Origin: Candidatus Poribacteria bacterium
GTDB taxonomy: Bacteria > Poribacteria > WGA-4E > WGA-3G
Direction of reading: 5' to 3'
NCBI GenBank assembly: GCA_965214095.1
Contig: OZ243938.1
Location: 3,488,001 to 3,552,000 of the forward strand
DNA: 64,000 bases
Made by a program: the position numbers and the translations under genes. The notes under the pieces are model-generated. The model ran no database searches. It saw only the letters and a list, made by a program, of their open reading frames with translations, and had not been told where the DNA came from. Positions within the stretch are counted from its first letter, which is position 1. The number at the start of each line of letters is the position of its first letter. This document shows, piece after piece, positions 18,904 through 29,491 of the stretch.

Positions 18904-20344
18904 AAACCCTCCGAATATCTTATGGATATGTAGCGATCAACAACGTTTTGATACGTTTGGTTGCTATGGAAATCCTTTTGTCCAAACACCGAATTTAGAC
19001 AATTTAGCGCGTGAAGGCGTGCTTTTTGAATATGCGTATTCACAGAGTCCGGTTTGCACACCCAGTAGAGCCAGTTTCCTCACTGGACGGTACCCGCGTA
19101 CCACGAGATGTCGCCAAAATGGACAAGCGATCCCACCGGATGAAGTACTTGTGACAAAACTACTCCAAGATGCTGGTTATGTGTGTGGATTGGCAGGGAA
19201 ACTCCATCTTTCGCCTTGCAACCCGCGCGTCTGCAAAGGGACGGAACAACGGATTGATGATGGCTATGACCAGTTTTTCTGGTCACACGATCCAGCTGAT
19301 GCTTGGCCAACTCACGATTATATCCAGTGGTTATCAAATAAAGGGTTACGTCGGGATAGTAGACCTTTCGCCGATTCAAAATATGTCCGTGTGATTCCAT
19401 CTGAAGAACATAGTCAAACGACGTGGAGTGTTGAACGGGCAATGTCGTTTATCAATAGTTCATCGCGATTTAAGCAACCGTGGCTATTCTCTGTGAATAT
19501 GTTTGATCCGCATCACGCCTTTGACCCTCCCGTTGCAGCGTTAGAGAGATATAGAGACATATTGGATGAAATCCCGTTACCGAACTATGTTGAAGGAGAA
19601 CTGAAAAATAAACCGATATGGCAACAGATTGATCACAGTGGTGCTTATGGTGGTAAATCGGGATATCCTTACAACGAAATGAGCGAAACGGATCACCGTT
19701 GGGTAACAGCTGCGTATTGGGCAATGATTGATGTTATTGACGCACAAGTTGGACGACTTCTTGATTTTTTGGAAGAAACAGGACAGCGAGAAAACACAGT
19801 GGTTATCTTTACATCAGATCACGGAGAAATGCTTGGTGACCACGGTATCTATTTGAAAGGACCTTACTTTTATGAACCTGCCATCCGAGTGCCATTAATT
19901 ATTTCTGGACCTGGGATGTTGAACAGTGGAGCGCGTTCAGATGCTCTTGTGGAATTGGTAGATATTGCTCCGACTTTTCTGGAAGCAAGTGGATTGGAAC
20001 GTTATTCCGGCATGCAGGGGCAAAGTCTTCTACCTATGCTGATAGGTGAAAAAAGTTTGGATTCGCATCGGGATGATGTTTACTGTGAGTATTACAACGC
20101 TATGCCGTGGCACAGTGAACCTGCTGCAAATGCGACGATGGTGCGGAGTGAACGGTATAAGTTGGTGGTTGCACACGGTACAGATGGTGGTGAACTCTAC
20201 GACTTGGAAGACGATCCGCAAGAAACATATAATCTTTGGAATAATTCAGATTATAAAGATGTAAAACTGCAGATGCAAGAACGACTTATCCACCGTATGG
20301 CCTGGACAGTGGATCCACTACCTGAACGACAAGCAGCTTGGTAG
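18896..20344 (+). CDS. Sulfatase (formylglycine type)
   Basis: PNILWICSDQ, CTPSRAS.LTG, GKLH, FTSDHGEMLGDH. Confidence 0.93.
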   Translation: MHENPPNILWICSDQQRFDTFGCYGNPFVQTPNLDNLAREGVLFEYAYSQSPVCTPSRASFLTGRYPRTTRCRQNGQAIPPDEVLVTKLLQDAGYVCGLAGKLHLSPCNPRVCKGTEQRIDDGYDQFFWSHDPADAWPTHDYIQWLSNKGLRRDSRPFADSKYVRVIPSEEHSQTTWSVERAMSFINSSSRFKQPWLFSVNMFDPHHAFDPPVAALERYRDILDEIPLPNYVEGELKNKPIWQQIDHSGAYGGKSGYPYNEMSETDHRWVTAAYWAMIDVIDAQVGRLLDFLEETGQRENTVVIFTSDHGEMLGDHGIYLKGPYFYEPAIRVPLIISGPGMLNSGARSDALVELVDIAPTFLEASGLERYSGMQGQSLLPMLIGEKSLDSHRDDVYCEYYNAMPWHSEPAANATMVRSERYKLVVAHGTDGGELYDLEDDPQETYNLWNNSDYKDVKLQMQERLIHRMAWTVDPLPERQAAW

Positions 20345-20369
20345 TCAACAGTGTAAATGGTGAATTAAA

Positions 20370-21008
20370 TTGAGGTATATTCAACCGAAACTAAGTATTG
20401 TCACAACACAATTCAATATTACGCGAACAAGACAGACACTGCTAATCTATGCTTTGTTTGTTTTATGTTTTGCTGGTGGCTTAGAAGCATACGCTGATAA
20501 TATTTTAGCACGATGGGATCAGCAGATGTTTGAACGGATCTACGATGCACCACCACATAGCGAACCGATGTGGACAGGGATGGAGTTCACTACAGAATTT
20601 GGACATTACCGATCCGTTATGGGATTGTCTATCTTACTGATGGCTTATGGGAATGAAGATCGTCAAAACACGGGTAGGTTGTTGTCCTCAGCATATATAA
20701 GCACTGGGGTTATTACTTATGGGATAAAGCAGTTGGTTCGCAGGAAGCGACCCCTTGATGATATGCTTGGTAATCCATCTATGCCATCGGGACATGCGTC
20801 TATTGCGTTTAGTGCTGCAACAATCCTTGGGTATCGCTATCCAAAGTGGCGAATACCGTTATACATCGGTGCAGGGTTGGTCGGTTTTTCGCGTGTCTAT
20901 CTGGGACGGCACTATACTTCGGATGTGTTAGTAGGTGCAGTTATCGGAACGACTATGGGGGTGCTTGTTTGGCATAATCGTGTAACCTTGTTGGAGTGGA
21001 AGTTTTAG
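20370..21008 (+). CDS. PAP2 family phosphatase
   Basis: K....R.RP, SMPSGH, SRVYLGRHY.SD. Start codon uncertain. Confidence 0.9.
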   Translation: MRYIQPKLSIVTTQFNITRTRQTLLIYALFVLCFAGGLEAYADNILARWDQQMFERIYDAPPHSEPMWTGMEFTTEFGHYRSVMGLSILLMAYGNEDRQNTGRLLSSAYISTGVITYGIKQLVRRKRPLDDMLGNPSMPSGHASIAFSAATILGYRYPKWRIPLYIGAGLVGFSRVYLGRHYTSDVLVGAVIGTTMGVLVWHNRVTLLEWKF

Positions 21009-21061
21009 ATGGTTACTTCTGCATGTTTTTCTTTGATCTATAGAGCGCAGGTATTTGTAGA

Positions 21062-21096
21062 TTGGTGATCTATAAATTTGGTGATCTATAAATTTG
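21062..21096. repeat. 16-bp tandem duplication TTGGTGATCTATAAAT x2
   Basis: Exact copies at 21062-21077 and 21078-21093. Confidence 0.85.
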
Positions 21097-21226
21097 TATG
21101 TTTATTTCACAGAAAAGGAATGACCTTCTGAATAGGATGTGTCTTTCATTGCTTCACTCAATATGCATATATTGGTTTTCTATTACCAAAGATATAGTGG
21201 ATTATGAAATATGTTAACATCTTTCT

Positions 21227-21278
21227 GTAGGAGCGATCTCCGAATCGCGAACTATCGGGAATCGGAGATCTCTCCCAC
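21227..21278. repeat. Inverted pair of GTAG-type REP-like elements
   Basis: GTAGGAGCGATCTCCGAAT ... ATCGGAGATCTCTCCCAC, between convergent genes. Confidence 0.7.
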
Positions 21279-21318
21279 AATGAATTATGCGGTTAATGTC
21301 AAAACTTTACACACCCAG

Positions 21319-22278
21319 TTAACGTTTAAACGTCTGACTATCTTTGAGGTATTTATAGAGTTCGCTATCGGTTGTCAAGATAAGTTTTGTGCTTGGGTTC
21401 ATTGACGTGCGATAGGTTTCTAAAGTTTGGAGGAAAGCGAAGAACTCAGGATCTTTGCCGTGTGCTTCGGCGTAAATCTGGATGGCTTGTGCATCAGCAT
21501 CACCTTTAATTTGTTCCGTTTCCTTGTATGCTTCTGACTCGATACGTTCCAGTTCTTTTTTCTTCTCACCCTCAATCTTAGCGGCTTCACCTTCACCTTC
21601 CGATTTGTATTTTCCAGAGATCCGTTGTCGTTCAGAAATCATCCGAGTAAAGACTTTTTCGCGGACTTCGTCAACATAGTTGATACGTTTGATCTGAACA
21701 TCAACGAGTTCAATACCAAATTGCGGTACAGTTTCCTGCACTTTTTCACGTATCATTTGTGTGATTTTTTCTCTACCATCGTGAATCTCTTCTAAAGGTT
21801 CACCTAACTGTCCTTCATCCTCTTCAAGTGTCTCTATATCAGGATTAAGAACACGGTTGGAATCTCGGACAACTTCAATCAATAGTTGTGCTGTTACTAA
21901 ATCGCGAGCTGCAGAATCAATGATGTCATCTAATCGGGATTGTGCGAGTATTTCTGTTCCGAGTGCCTGATAGAATTTAAGTGCATCTTTAATCCGCCAT
22001 CGTGCAGTCGTATCAAGCCAAATAAACTTTTTGTCTTTGGTTGGAATTTGGTTCGGCGAACCGTCCCATTCCAGGACGCGTTTCTCAAAGCGATGTATCT
22101 GTTGAATAAACGGTGTTTTGATTTTTAATCCAGCATTGACGATTGGTTCCCCAACAGGACGACCGAATTCTGTTATGACAACCTGTTCTGCTTCGTTTAC
22201 GATGTAGAACATACTAAAGACAATGGGAAGAATTAAAATTATGAGGACAATTATTGGTATGAGTATTTTTAACTTCAT
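21319..22278 (-). CDS. hflC: FtsH modulator HflC
   Basis: SPFH domain, TKDKK, RMISER, DPEFFAF; downstream of hflK. Confidence 0.93.
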   Translation of the reverse strand: MKLKILIPIIVLIILILPIVFSMFYIVNEAEQVVITEFGRPVGEPIVNAGLKIKTPFIQQIHRFEKRVLEWDGSPNQIPTKDKKFIWLDTTARWRIKDALKFYQALGTEILAQSRLDDIIDSAARDLVTAQLLIEVVRDSNRVLNPDIETLEEDEGQLGEPLEEIHDGREKITQMIREKVQETVPQFGIELVDVQIKRINYVDEVREKVFTRMISERQRISGKYKSEGEGEAAKIEGEKKKELERIESEAYKETEQIKGDADAQAIQIYAEAHGKDPEFFAFLQTLETYRTSMNPSTKLILTTDSELYKYLKDSQTFKR

Positions 22279-22304
22279 CAGAAAACTCCTATTTCTGTTT
22301 CAAC

Positions 22305-23252
22305 CTATTCTGTAAGCTGAAGGATTGGAATCGGTGCGTTGGTTTTATCGTCAATGACATATATCTCTTTAACTTGTGGCAGGACCTCCTGCATCGTTTC
22401 GAGATATAGTCTTTGTCTTGTCACCTCTTTTGCTTTTTGATACTCCGAACGGATTGCGTTGAATTTGTCTGCATCCCCTTGTGCTTCATTAACACGTTTC
22501 AATGCGTATCCTTGTGCTTCAGAAATTTGTTGTGCAGCTAAACCTTTGGATTTTGGGATTAATTGGTTATAATCCCTCCACGCTTCGTTGATTAGGCGGT
22601 CTTTTTCTTGTTTAGCCTCGTTGACAGCATTAAAAGCAGATTTCACCTTTTCTGGTGGATTTACATTTTGCAGTGTTACATTGGCAACATCCAATCCAGT
22701 TTGGTATAGATCAAGAAGTGTTTGAAGGTGTTGTTCAACTTCGGCAGCGATTTCAATACGGCCAATGGTTAGTACCTCTGTGACAGTCCTGTCACCAATC
22801 ACACGGCTCATTACAGATTCTGAAAGGTCACGCAAAGCACGTTGTGGATTTCTGACGGAAAAAAGAAATGCTGTTGGGTCTTTTATTTTATATTGGATGA
22901 CCCATTCAACATCTGCGATATTGAGATCTCCTGTTAGTAGCAAGGATTCTTCAGAGTATTCTCGTGTATCGTACTGTGTCCGCACTCCCGCTTTGAGAGT
23001 ACGAAAACCAAATTCCTCCTTGAATACCTTTCTCACAGGCACGTTAATAGCTCTTTCAATGCCAAGTGGTAACTTGAAATGTAGTCCGGGTTGGGCTTGT
23101 CTGACAGATTTCCCGAACATGAGAACAACAGCAATTTCGTCTGCTTCAACGGTATAAAAACTGGTGGCTAAGCATACCAAGATTATCAAACCGAGTATGA
23201 CAAACAGAATACGTTTAGGGTTAATAAGTTCCAAAAAATCGGTTAGATCCAT
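22305..23252 (-). CDS. hflK: FtsH modulator HflK
   Basis: LLTGDLNIADVEW.IQY, AFNAVNEA, VTRQRLYLETM. Confidence 0.93.
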   Translation of the reverse strand: MDLTDFLELINPKRILFVILGLIILVCLATSFYTVEADEIAVVLMFGKSVRQAQPGLHFKLPLGIERAINVPVRKVFKEEFGFRTLKAGVRTQYDTREYSEESLLLTGDLNIADVEWVIQYKIKDPTAFLFSVRNPQRALRDLSESVMSRVIGDRTVTEVLTIGRIEIAAEVEQHLQTLLDLYQTGLDVANVTLQNVNPPEKVKSAFNAVNEAKQEKDRLINEAWRDYNQLIPKSKGLAAQQISEAQGYALKRVNEAQGDADKFNAIRSEYQKAKEVTRQRLYLETMQEVLPQVKEIYVIDDKTNAPIPILQLTE

Positions 23253-23283
23253 TTTATTCTCCTTTATGTAATCAAACTGTATT

Positions 23284-24267
23284 TTAAATTTCGTATCTGA
23301 CTAACTTCTGTGCAGCATCAACAATCTGTTCTGTATCGGGTATAACAAATTTTTCCATCACAGGGGCAAACGGTACAGGGACCGGTGCAGCGGTAACACG
23401 TTCGATCGGTGCATCCAGGTAGTCAAACACTTCACGGACAACCAGTGCAGCGATCTCGGCACCAAATCCTGCCCTGCCGACGGCTTCATGTGCGATTAAC
23501 AAGCGATTTGTTTTCTTAACTGATTCAAAAATAGTTTCTTTGTCAAGAGGCATCAAAGTTCTTGGGTCAACGATTTCTGCGGATATACCTTCTTCGGCAA
23601 GTTCATCAGCAGCATCAAGTGCTTTCAACACCATACGTGATGTTGCTAAAATTGTTATATCTTCACCTTCACGTTTTATATCTGCTTCACCCAAGGGAAT
23701 TGTATATTCCTCATCTGGAATTTCACCCTCTTCCGTATAAAGTAGTTTGTGCTCAATGAACATAATCGGATTGTCGTTTCGGATTGCGGTTTTCAGTAAC
23801 CCCTTTGCATCATAAGGTGTAGCGGGCATCACCACAAGGAGTCCAGGAATATGTACAAACCATGATTCAAGACTTTGTGCGTGTTGTGCAGCAGAGGAAC
23901 GTCCCGCACCACCTTGAGTCCGAATGACAAGTGGTACATCTAACTGTCCACCCACCATATATCGTATTTTGGCAACTTGGTTGACAATTTGGTCCATACC
24001 GACAGCGGTGAAGTCAATGTACATAAGTTCCGCGACGGGACGCATACCTGTGACAGCAGCACCCAAGGCAGTGCCGATGATGGCTGCTTCAGAAATCGGT
24101 GTGTTACGGATACGTTCTTTTCCAAACTGCTTGTATAATCCGTCCGTAACCTTATATGCCCCACCATATTCAGCAATATCTTCCCCCATGAGAAAGACAG
24201 CATCGTCGCGTTCCATCTCCTCTATCAGTGCTTCTTTTAAAGCATCACGATAGGTAATTGTTTTCAT
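23284..24267 (-). CDS. Pyruvate/acetoin/2-oxoacid dehydrogenase E1 beta subunit
   Basis: GEDI, NTPISE, MRPVAELMY.DF, QHAQSLE, EHKLLY, LDAPIER. Confidence 0.93.
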   Translation of the reverse strand: MKTITYRDALKEALIEEMERDDAVFLMGEDIAEYGGAYKVTDGLYKQFGKERIRNTPISEAAIIGTALGAAVTGMRPVAELMYIDFTAVGMDQIVNQVAKIRYMVGGQLDVPLVIRTQGGAGRSSAAQHAQSLESWFVHIPGLLVVMPATPYDAKGLLKTAIRNDNPIMFIEHKLLYTEEGEIPDEEYTIPLGEADIKREGEDITILATSRMVLKALDAADELAEEGISAEIVDPRTLMPLDKETIFESVKKTNRLLIAHEAVGRAGFGAEIAALVVREVFDYLDAPIERVTAAPVPVPFAPVMEKFVIPDTEQIVDAAQKLVRYEI

Positions 24268-24335
24268 GTTTTGTCTGTTCCTTTCAGTATCTATATTCTT
24301 TTCGTTTTTGTCTGTGTCCTTACCATCTTATCAAT

Positions 24336-25931
24336 TCACTGTACAGACGAAGGACGTTCTTGCATGATAGGTATGACATAGCTTCGTATATGCACACCGT
24401 TCACAGTTTCTGTTTCTAATCGCGGTTCTGGATTCTGCCTGTGATCAAACACAACGTAGTAACCTTCTGTTGTTCCTTCCAAATCTGCATACACAGAGAG
24501 TTGTTCTTTGCCAGATGCGAACCGCGTATCTCCCTCCCAAATTTTGGTTTCAACAATAAATTTCTGTTGATTATGTATTATTAAAAGGTCCATTCTTCCG
24601 CGTCCTGTTTGCACTTCAATATACATATTTCCACCTACACTGCGGACGAACTGATCAAGGTAGGCATAGAGTAGGTGCTGTCCAATAAATTCCTGTGGTG
24701 TATCAGGAACTTGTAAGATGCGAAATCCTACACGTCTGATGAAATCACGGAAATTATCAAGTAAAGAAACCATATCAATCGATCCGATAGGTGTAAGATA
24801 GTGATTAAAGTCTTCACCTGTATCTTCTGGGAGATATTGCGATTCCAATCCATTTAACACTGGTTTGAATGCACGTAGAATATGATGCTGATATATAGGA
24901 TTTACTATTTCGCACATGCCATCAGAACTTCTGGCGATGACACCATACGTTGCTAACTCGTTGATAATATCATCATTGAGATTGTATGTTAATCCTTTTT
25001 CATAAGATGCAATATGCATTAGTATGGTTTCAAATCGACGATTTCTACGGATATTAGTAAGTAGATGTTCAATATTGGTATTTCGTTCATCAAGGAGTAG
25101 TGTGTGTGATTCTGCAAAATGCGTCATTTTGACTGTCTCAGTCTTAGGGATGTTCAGTTCTTCCGTAAGAATTTGACCGATTCGGTTGACTAAGAAAGGT
25201 TGTCCTCCTGTCTGTGTGTGGAGAGATTTGACGACTTCCGGTGCAAAGGGTTGTCCTACTTCGTTCGTATATTGTCCAAGTAGTTCTTGAACTTGTTCTA
25301 ATGTAAAGTTAGGCAACCGAAACTCGTCTTGGACATTAAAAGGTGAAACAGAGCGGTCATAGTTGAGTTGGTTGATACTCTTTACACCTACTATTCCAAC
25401 ACTGTGTGGACATTGAAGTTCATCAGAGAGATAGATATGGCGGAGTGTATACAGAAATTCACTGACAACATCTTGAGGGATACCATCAAATTCGTCAATG
25501 AGTAACACAACTTTTTTATCACTAAGTAAACTCTCTAATTCCTCAAAGTATGCTAATAAAGAAAAATGATCGCTTATTTGAACATCTTCTAAAAATCGAA
25601 TTATTTCATCAGGTTTCTTGACATCTCTTTTTTTAAGGACATACTGAATATGTCTCCGTATCAACTGAGAAAACCTATCATAGAAAATAGTAGATGAGGT
25701 ATTACCCATCACTTGGAAATCCAGTTGAATAGGAAAATAGCCTGGGTCATTTGTAGAAAGTGTGTCAAGTGCCATTCGGAAGAATGTAGTTTTACCGGTT
25801 TGACGTGGTGCAAACAGAACGATATAACGCCCCTCCTTGACACGTATGTTGAAGTCATTTATCTCTTTGGTGCGAGGGACTACATAGTGTCTATCAGGGT
25901 AAACGCGGCCTTGTGTTCCAAAACGTCTCAT
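24336..25931 (-). CDS. AAA-like P-loop ATPase with a C-terminal PD-(D/E)xK nuclease-like domain
   Basis: Walker A APRQTGKT, Walker B LLIDEFD, SPFN, TGGQPFLV, C-terminal GRMDLLI...IVETKIW. Confidence 0.85.
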   Translation of the reverse strand: MRRFGTQGRVYPDRHYVVPRTKEINDFNIRVKEGRYIVLFAPRQTGKTTFFRMALDTLSTNDPGYFPIQLDFQVMGNTSSTIFYDRFSQLIRRHIQYVLKKRDVKKPDEIIRFLEDVQISDHFSLLAYFEELESLLSDKKVVLLIDEFDGIPQDVVSEFLYTLRHIYLSDELQCPHSVGIVGVKSINQLNYDRSVSPFNVQDEFRLPNFTLEQVQELLGQYTNEVGQPFAPEVVKSLHTQTGGQPFLVNRIGQILTEELNIPKTETVKMTHFAESHTLLLDERNTNIEHLLTNIRRNRRFETILMHIASYEKGLTYNLNDDIINELATYGVIARSSDGMCEIVNPIYQHHILRAFKPVLNGLESQYLPEDTGEDFNHYLTPIGSIDMVSLLDNFRDFIRRVGFRILQVPDTPQEFIGQHLLYAYLDQFVRSVGGNMYIEVQTGRGRMDLLIIHNQQKFIVETKIWEGDTRFASGKEQLSVYADLEGTTEGYYVVFDHRQNPEPRLETETVNGVHIRSYVIPIMQERPSSVQ

Positions 25932-25982
25932 TCTTTATCCTCGTCGTGGCAGTGAATGAATTATATCAAGGAGATTGCCATA

Positions 25983-27239
25983 TTATTCAGTGGAGCAAGA
26001 GTTGCTTTCAAAAATCACTTCAGGATTATCTTCTCCACGAATATGAACTACCTTACCATCTGTTTTAAAACAGTTATCATAGAAACGGATGTTGTAAATA
26101 CCATCAGTCATGCAGTCAACAACAGCGGGATTTCCAGTAGTTGATTTAGCGGATGTGATTGTATTCTGATAAATAGTTGTATTTCTAATACCGCCATTTG
26201 ACCCTGTTGACCATAGGTGAACGCCGCCGTAAGTGTTTTTTCGACCATCGTTTTCACTGAGATTATAGCGAATTATGTTATTGTGGAATGCCTTTGCCCC
26301 ATCAAATTGTGCTAATAGAAATCCCGCTCCGTCATTGTCGTGTGAATAGTTATATTGCACAATTGAATTCTGCACGCCTCCATCCAGATCAAACCCACCT
26401 CCGTCTTTGCTGCTGCCTGTACGGTTATGATGCGATTCGTTCATCTGAATGAGAACACGATTTGAATCCCATGTCCAAATTCCGATGGGACCACCGTCCT
26501 CACAATCATTCAAAGTCCCATTTTCATATACCTCACAATGTTCAATCGTAGCACCATCCACTTGTCCAAGGACTATTCCGTTTCCTGAATGACTCCCCTT
26601 ACCTGGAATTCCTAAGTTGCTAAAGACACGACAGTTTCCAATATAGATGTCAGCATGAGAGTATTCTGTTTCTTCAGGGTTCCAATTGCCTATTAAGTTT
26701 ATTCCTGCGTCTCCGTTATCATGAACATCAGCATGTGTGATATTTACTTGACTAAACCCACACCATCCACCATCAATTGGTTGTGCTGCTATGCTTATTC
26801 CAGCATACTTGAATCCACTAACGTTAACATTTTCAATGTGTATATACTTTAGTTTTCTGTGTTCTGGTAGTGTATTTACGAACGAGATTCCAGAGTTGGT
26901 ATTCTGTTCTGTTCCTGCACCAACGAAGTTGAGATCAAGTATCCGTACACCACCGATGTTTTTCGCGAAAAAACCAGCTTCATCATTAGCATCAATAGTG
27001 GCATTTCCATCACCATAAGAACCGAAAGTAACGGGTTTATCTAAGGTATCTATATTTGCAACAGAAAGCGTAAGGTTTCCCTTGAAAGTCTGATTGCCTT
27101 GAAACGACACCGAATCACCCGGTAGTAATTGCGTTGCATTTACCCGTTTGATGTTCTGCCAAGGCTGCTTCTTGGATATACCTGAGTTTGTATCTTCACC
27201 AAATGGACTGATATAGTAATCCATATACTTTAACTTCAT
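25983..27239 (-). CDS. Right-handed parallel beta-helix protein
   Basis: YYISPFGED.NSG...PW, DGGGFDLDGG, IVQYNYSHDN.GAG; Asn/Gly-rich repeats; no obvious signal peptide. Confidence 0.85.
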   Translation of the reverse strand: MKLKYMDYYISPFGEDTNSGISKKQPWQNIKRVNATQLLPGDSVSFQGNQTFKGNLTLSVANIDTLDKPVTFGSYGDGNATIDANDEAGFFAKNIGGVRILDLNFVGAGTEQNTNSGISFVNTLPEHRKLKYIHIENVNVSGFKYAGISIAAQPIDGGWCGFSQVNITHADVHDNGDAGINLIGNWNPEETEYSHADIYIGNCRVFSNLGIPGKGSHSGNGIVLGQVDGATIEHCEVYENGTLNDCEDGGPIGIWTWDSNRVLIQMNESHHNRTGSSKDGGGFDLDGGVQNSIVQYNYSHDNDGAGFLLAQFDGAKAFHNNIIRYNLSENDGRKNTYGGVHLWSTGSNGGIRNTTIYQNTITSAKSTTGNPAVVDCMTDGIYNIRFYDNCFKTDGKVVHIRGEDNPEVIFESNSCSTE

Positions 27240-28598
27240 CTAATTTGGACTGAGGATTAACCCGTCCATCCTCATCCACTCAATTGTTTGTTCAAAGGCA
27301 TCCACCGTTTTTGTAATGTCTTCTTCTGTATGTGCAGCGGTTGTCATACCTCCATTCGTCGCGAGGTCTACACCATTGAGTAACAAACCGCATCGGAGAT
27401 GCATAAGAAGTTTATCATCATTGCCACCCTTCAGTTTTTGATAATCCCAAGTGTATGGATCGAAATCGGCAGCACGTATATCCTTCTCACCGTGTCCAAT
27501 GAGGAGTCTGATACCAGAAAACTCACCGTATATTACCCAATCTAATCGGTATGAATCAATAACACTATTGAGTGCATCGCGAAGTTTTTGTGCGATGTGG
27601 TTTGCCTTTTCATTCGGTTTTCCTGTCTTTACAATGTTAAGCATTGCGATACCCGCAGATGCCGAAAGCGGATTAGCATTAAATGTGCCAGGATGTGGCA
27701 TTTTTTGTCCTTCTTCCTCTGCCTTCAAAGAAATTAAATCAACAATCTCTTTTTTTCCAACGAGTGCTCCACCGGGTAATCCACCTGCAACAATCTTTGC
27801 TAATGTTGTCATATCGGGGATGACATTGTAGTGTGCCTGTGCGCCACCAGGTGCAACCCGAAAACCTGTAATTACTTCGTCGAAAATGAGTAGAACACCG
27901 TGCTCTTGCGTTATCTCACGAAGTTGTTGTAAAAATACACCATCAGTTGGAACAATTCCAAAAGATGCCCCTGTCGGTTCAAGAATAACACAGGCGATGT
28001 CTTTATCTGTTTTCAACAACGTTTCAACTTTCTCAATGTCGTTTGGTGGGCAGAGAATGGTTGTATCGCGCACCTCTTGTGGAATGCCTGGGACAGACAT
28101 ATCAAAGGGTGGATATGCCCCGAAGATAAGGCTGTCGTGCCAACCGTGAAAATGTCCAGCAAACTTCAACACTTTGTTTTTTTGTGTATAGGTGCGTGCA
28201 AGCCGTATCGCCATGAGTGTTGCTTCAGTGCCAGAACTGACAAACCTGATGCGTTCTGCTGACGGAATGAGTTGCGTAACCAGGTTTCCCCATTCCAACT
28301 CAAGTGGATGACATGCCCCGTAATGTGTGCCGCGTTGCATCTGTGCTGTCACTGCTTCCACAATATCAGGTGGATTATGTCCGAGCAGTAATGCCCCGTG
28401 TCCTGCCCAATAGTCAATAAAGGTCTTATCTTCAAGTCCCCATTTTTTCGCGCCATCAGCACGGGTAATATAAATTGGGAATGGAGACATGTGGCGACTA
28501 TCATGCGTCACACCATCGGGAAAGAGTTGGTTTGCTGCTTGTGACAGTTCTTTATCTTTTGCAAAGGTCTTTTGATATCGCTCTAAAATTGATGGCAT
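27240..28598 (-). CDS. Class III PLP aminotransferase (glutamate-1-semialdehyde aminomutase-like)
   Basis: SSGTEA, FHGWHD, LIFDEVITGFR, AKIVAGGLP, GTFNANP. Confidence 0.9.
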   Translation of the reverse strand: MPSILERYQKTFAKDKELSQAANQLFPDGVTHDSRHMSPFPIYITRADGAKKWGLEDKTFIDYWAGHGALLLGHNPPDIVEAVTAQMQRGTHYGACHPLELEWGNLVTQLIPSAERIRFVSSGTEATLMAIRLARTYTQKNKVLKFAGHFHGWHDSLIFGAYPPFDMSVPGIPQEVRDTTILCPPNDIEKVETLLKTDKDIACVILEPTGASFGIVPTDGVFLQQLREITQEHGVLLIFDEVITGFRVAPGGAQAHYNVIPDMTTLAKIVAGGLPGGALVGKKEIVDLISLKAEEEGQKMPHPGTFNANPLSASAGIAMLNIVKTGKPNEKANHIAQKLRDALNSVIDSYRLDWVIYGEFSGIRLLIGHGEKDIRAADFDPYTWDYQKLKGGNDDKLLMHLRCGLLLNGVDLATNGGMTTAAHTEEDITKTVDAFEQTIEWMRMDGLILSPN

Positions 28599-28811
28599 TC
28601 CTGTCCTCTATGTGAATTGATTCAAAATCGGTGAGAATATATTTCTATAATACATCAATAGAGTGGAAATGTCAATGAAAATGAAGGAATGTATCAGGAT
28701 GGGAATGCAAGCAGGATATTTAGAAAATGTTGTGATAACAATCCGCATGAGTGTTATACTAATGATTATACACCTAATTGCTACACATTCGCAACAATTA
28801 CCTTGAAAAAC

Positions 28812-28840
28812 TTGATATAGCGAACGAAATGTGTTATAAT
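28812..28840 (+). promoter_or_regulatory. Sigma70-type promoter of the rpsF operon
   Basis: TTGATA-N17-TATAAT with an extended TG. Confidence 0.65.
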
Positions 28841-28899
28841 TAAGTGACATTTAGTTATTGAGACAGAATCTATCCAAAAGATAGAAATACAAATAAACT

Positions 28900-28949
28900 T
28901 ACCTCTGCTCCCCGATATTGCGGTGGAGCCGTGAGTCCATAGAGAGGAT
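28900..28949 (+). ncRNA. rpsF (S6:S18) ribosomal protein leader RNA
   Basis: CCTCT/AGAGG outer stem sequesters the RBS, GCTCC/GGAGC inner stem is followed by CCG, directly upstream of rpsF. Confidence 0.65.
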
Positions 28950-28954
28950 ATACT

Positions 28955-29419
28955 TTGAGACTATACGAACTTATGCTTATCATCACCCCTGACCATGAGG
29001 AGAATGAGGCAAATGCACTCATTGATACTGTCAAGGGTATTATTGAAGGTGGTGGAAATCTAATTCATCTTGATGTTTGGGGAAAGAGGCGACTTGCATA
29101 CCCAATTCAGAAGCGCAGCGAGGGTTACTACGCAGTTTATGTGTTTGAATGCGACCCGAGTTTCGTTGCACAAGTGAATCAAGCACTCCGTGTTATTGAA
29201 GCAATTTTACGACACATGATTGTACTCTATGAAGACGACATAGAAAAGTTGAAGGCAGCACAGGAAGAGGAAACAGCACCTGAAGCCACGGATGATAACA
29301 TCCCAGAAGATATAACGGATGAAGACGCGCAAGAAGAAACAACCGAATCTGTAGAAGAAACTACAGAGTCCGATGAAGTCCCAACATCCGTTGAAGACAA
29401 TACCACAGAATCTGAGTAA
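28955..29419 (+). CDS. rpsF: 30S ribosomal protein S6 with a long acidic tail
   Basis: YELMLI, WGKRRLAYPI.K..EGYY; TTG start. Confidence 0.96.
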   Translation: MRLYELMLIITPDHEENEANALIDTVKGIIEGGGNLIHLDVWGKRRLAYPIQKRSEGYYAVYVFECDPSFVAQVNQALRVIEAILRHMIVLYEDDIEKLKAAQEEETAPEATDDNIPEDITDEDAQEETTESVEETTESDEVPTSVEDNTTESE

Positions 29420-29491
29420 TTACATATCAAACAATACTTGCGAAATAAAAAATATATCATCTTATGACGCAGGACAATAAAGGAGCATAAC

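Noticed and set aside
27240-28598. hemL gene symbol
   Set aside because: The family motifs are present but the N-terminal GVTHDSR differs from the canonical GVNSPVR, so it may be a paralog.
28608-28850. 80-aa minus-strand ORF
   Set aside because: It overlaps the divergent promoter region and has no protein-like features.
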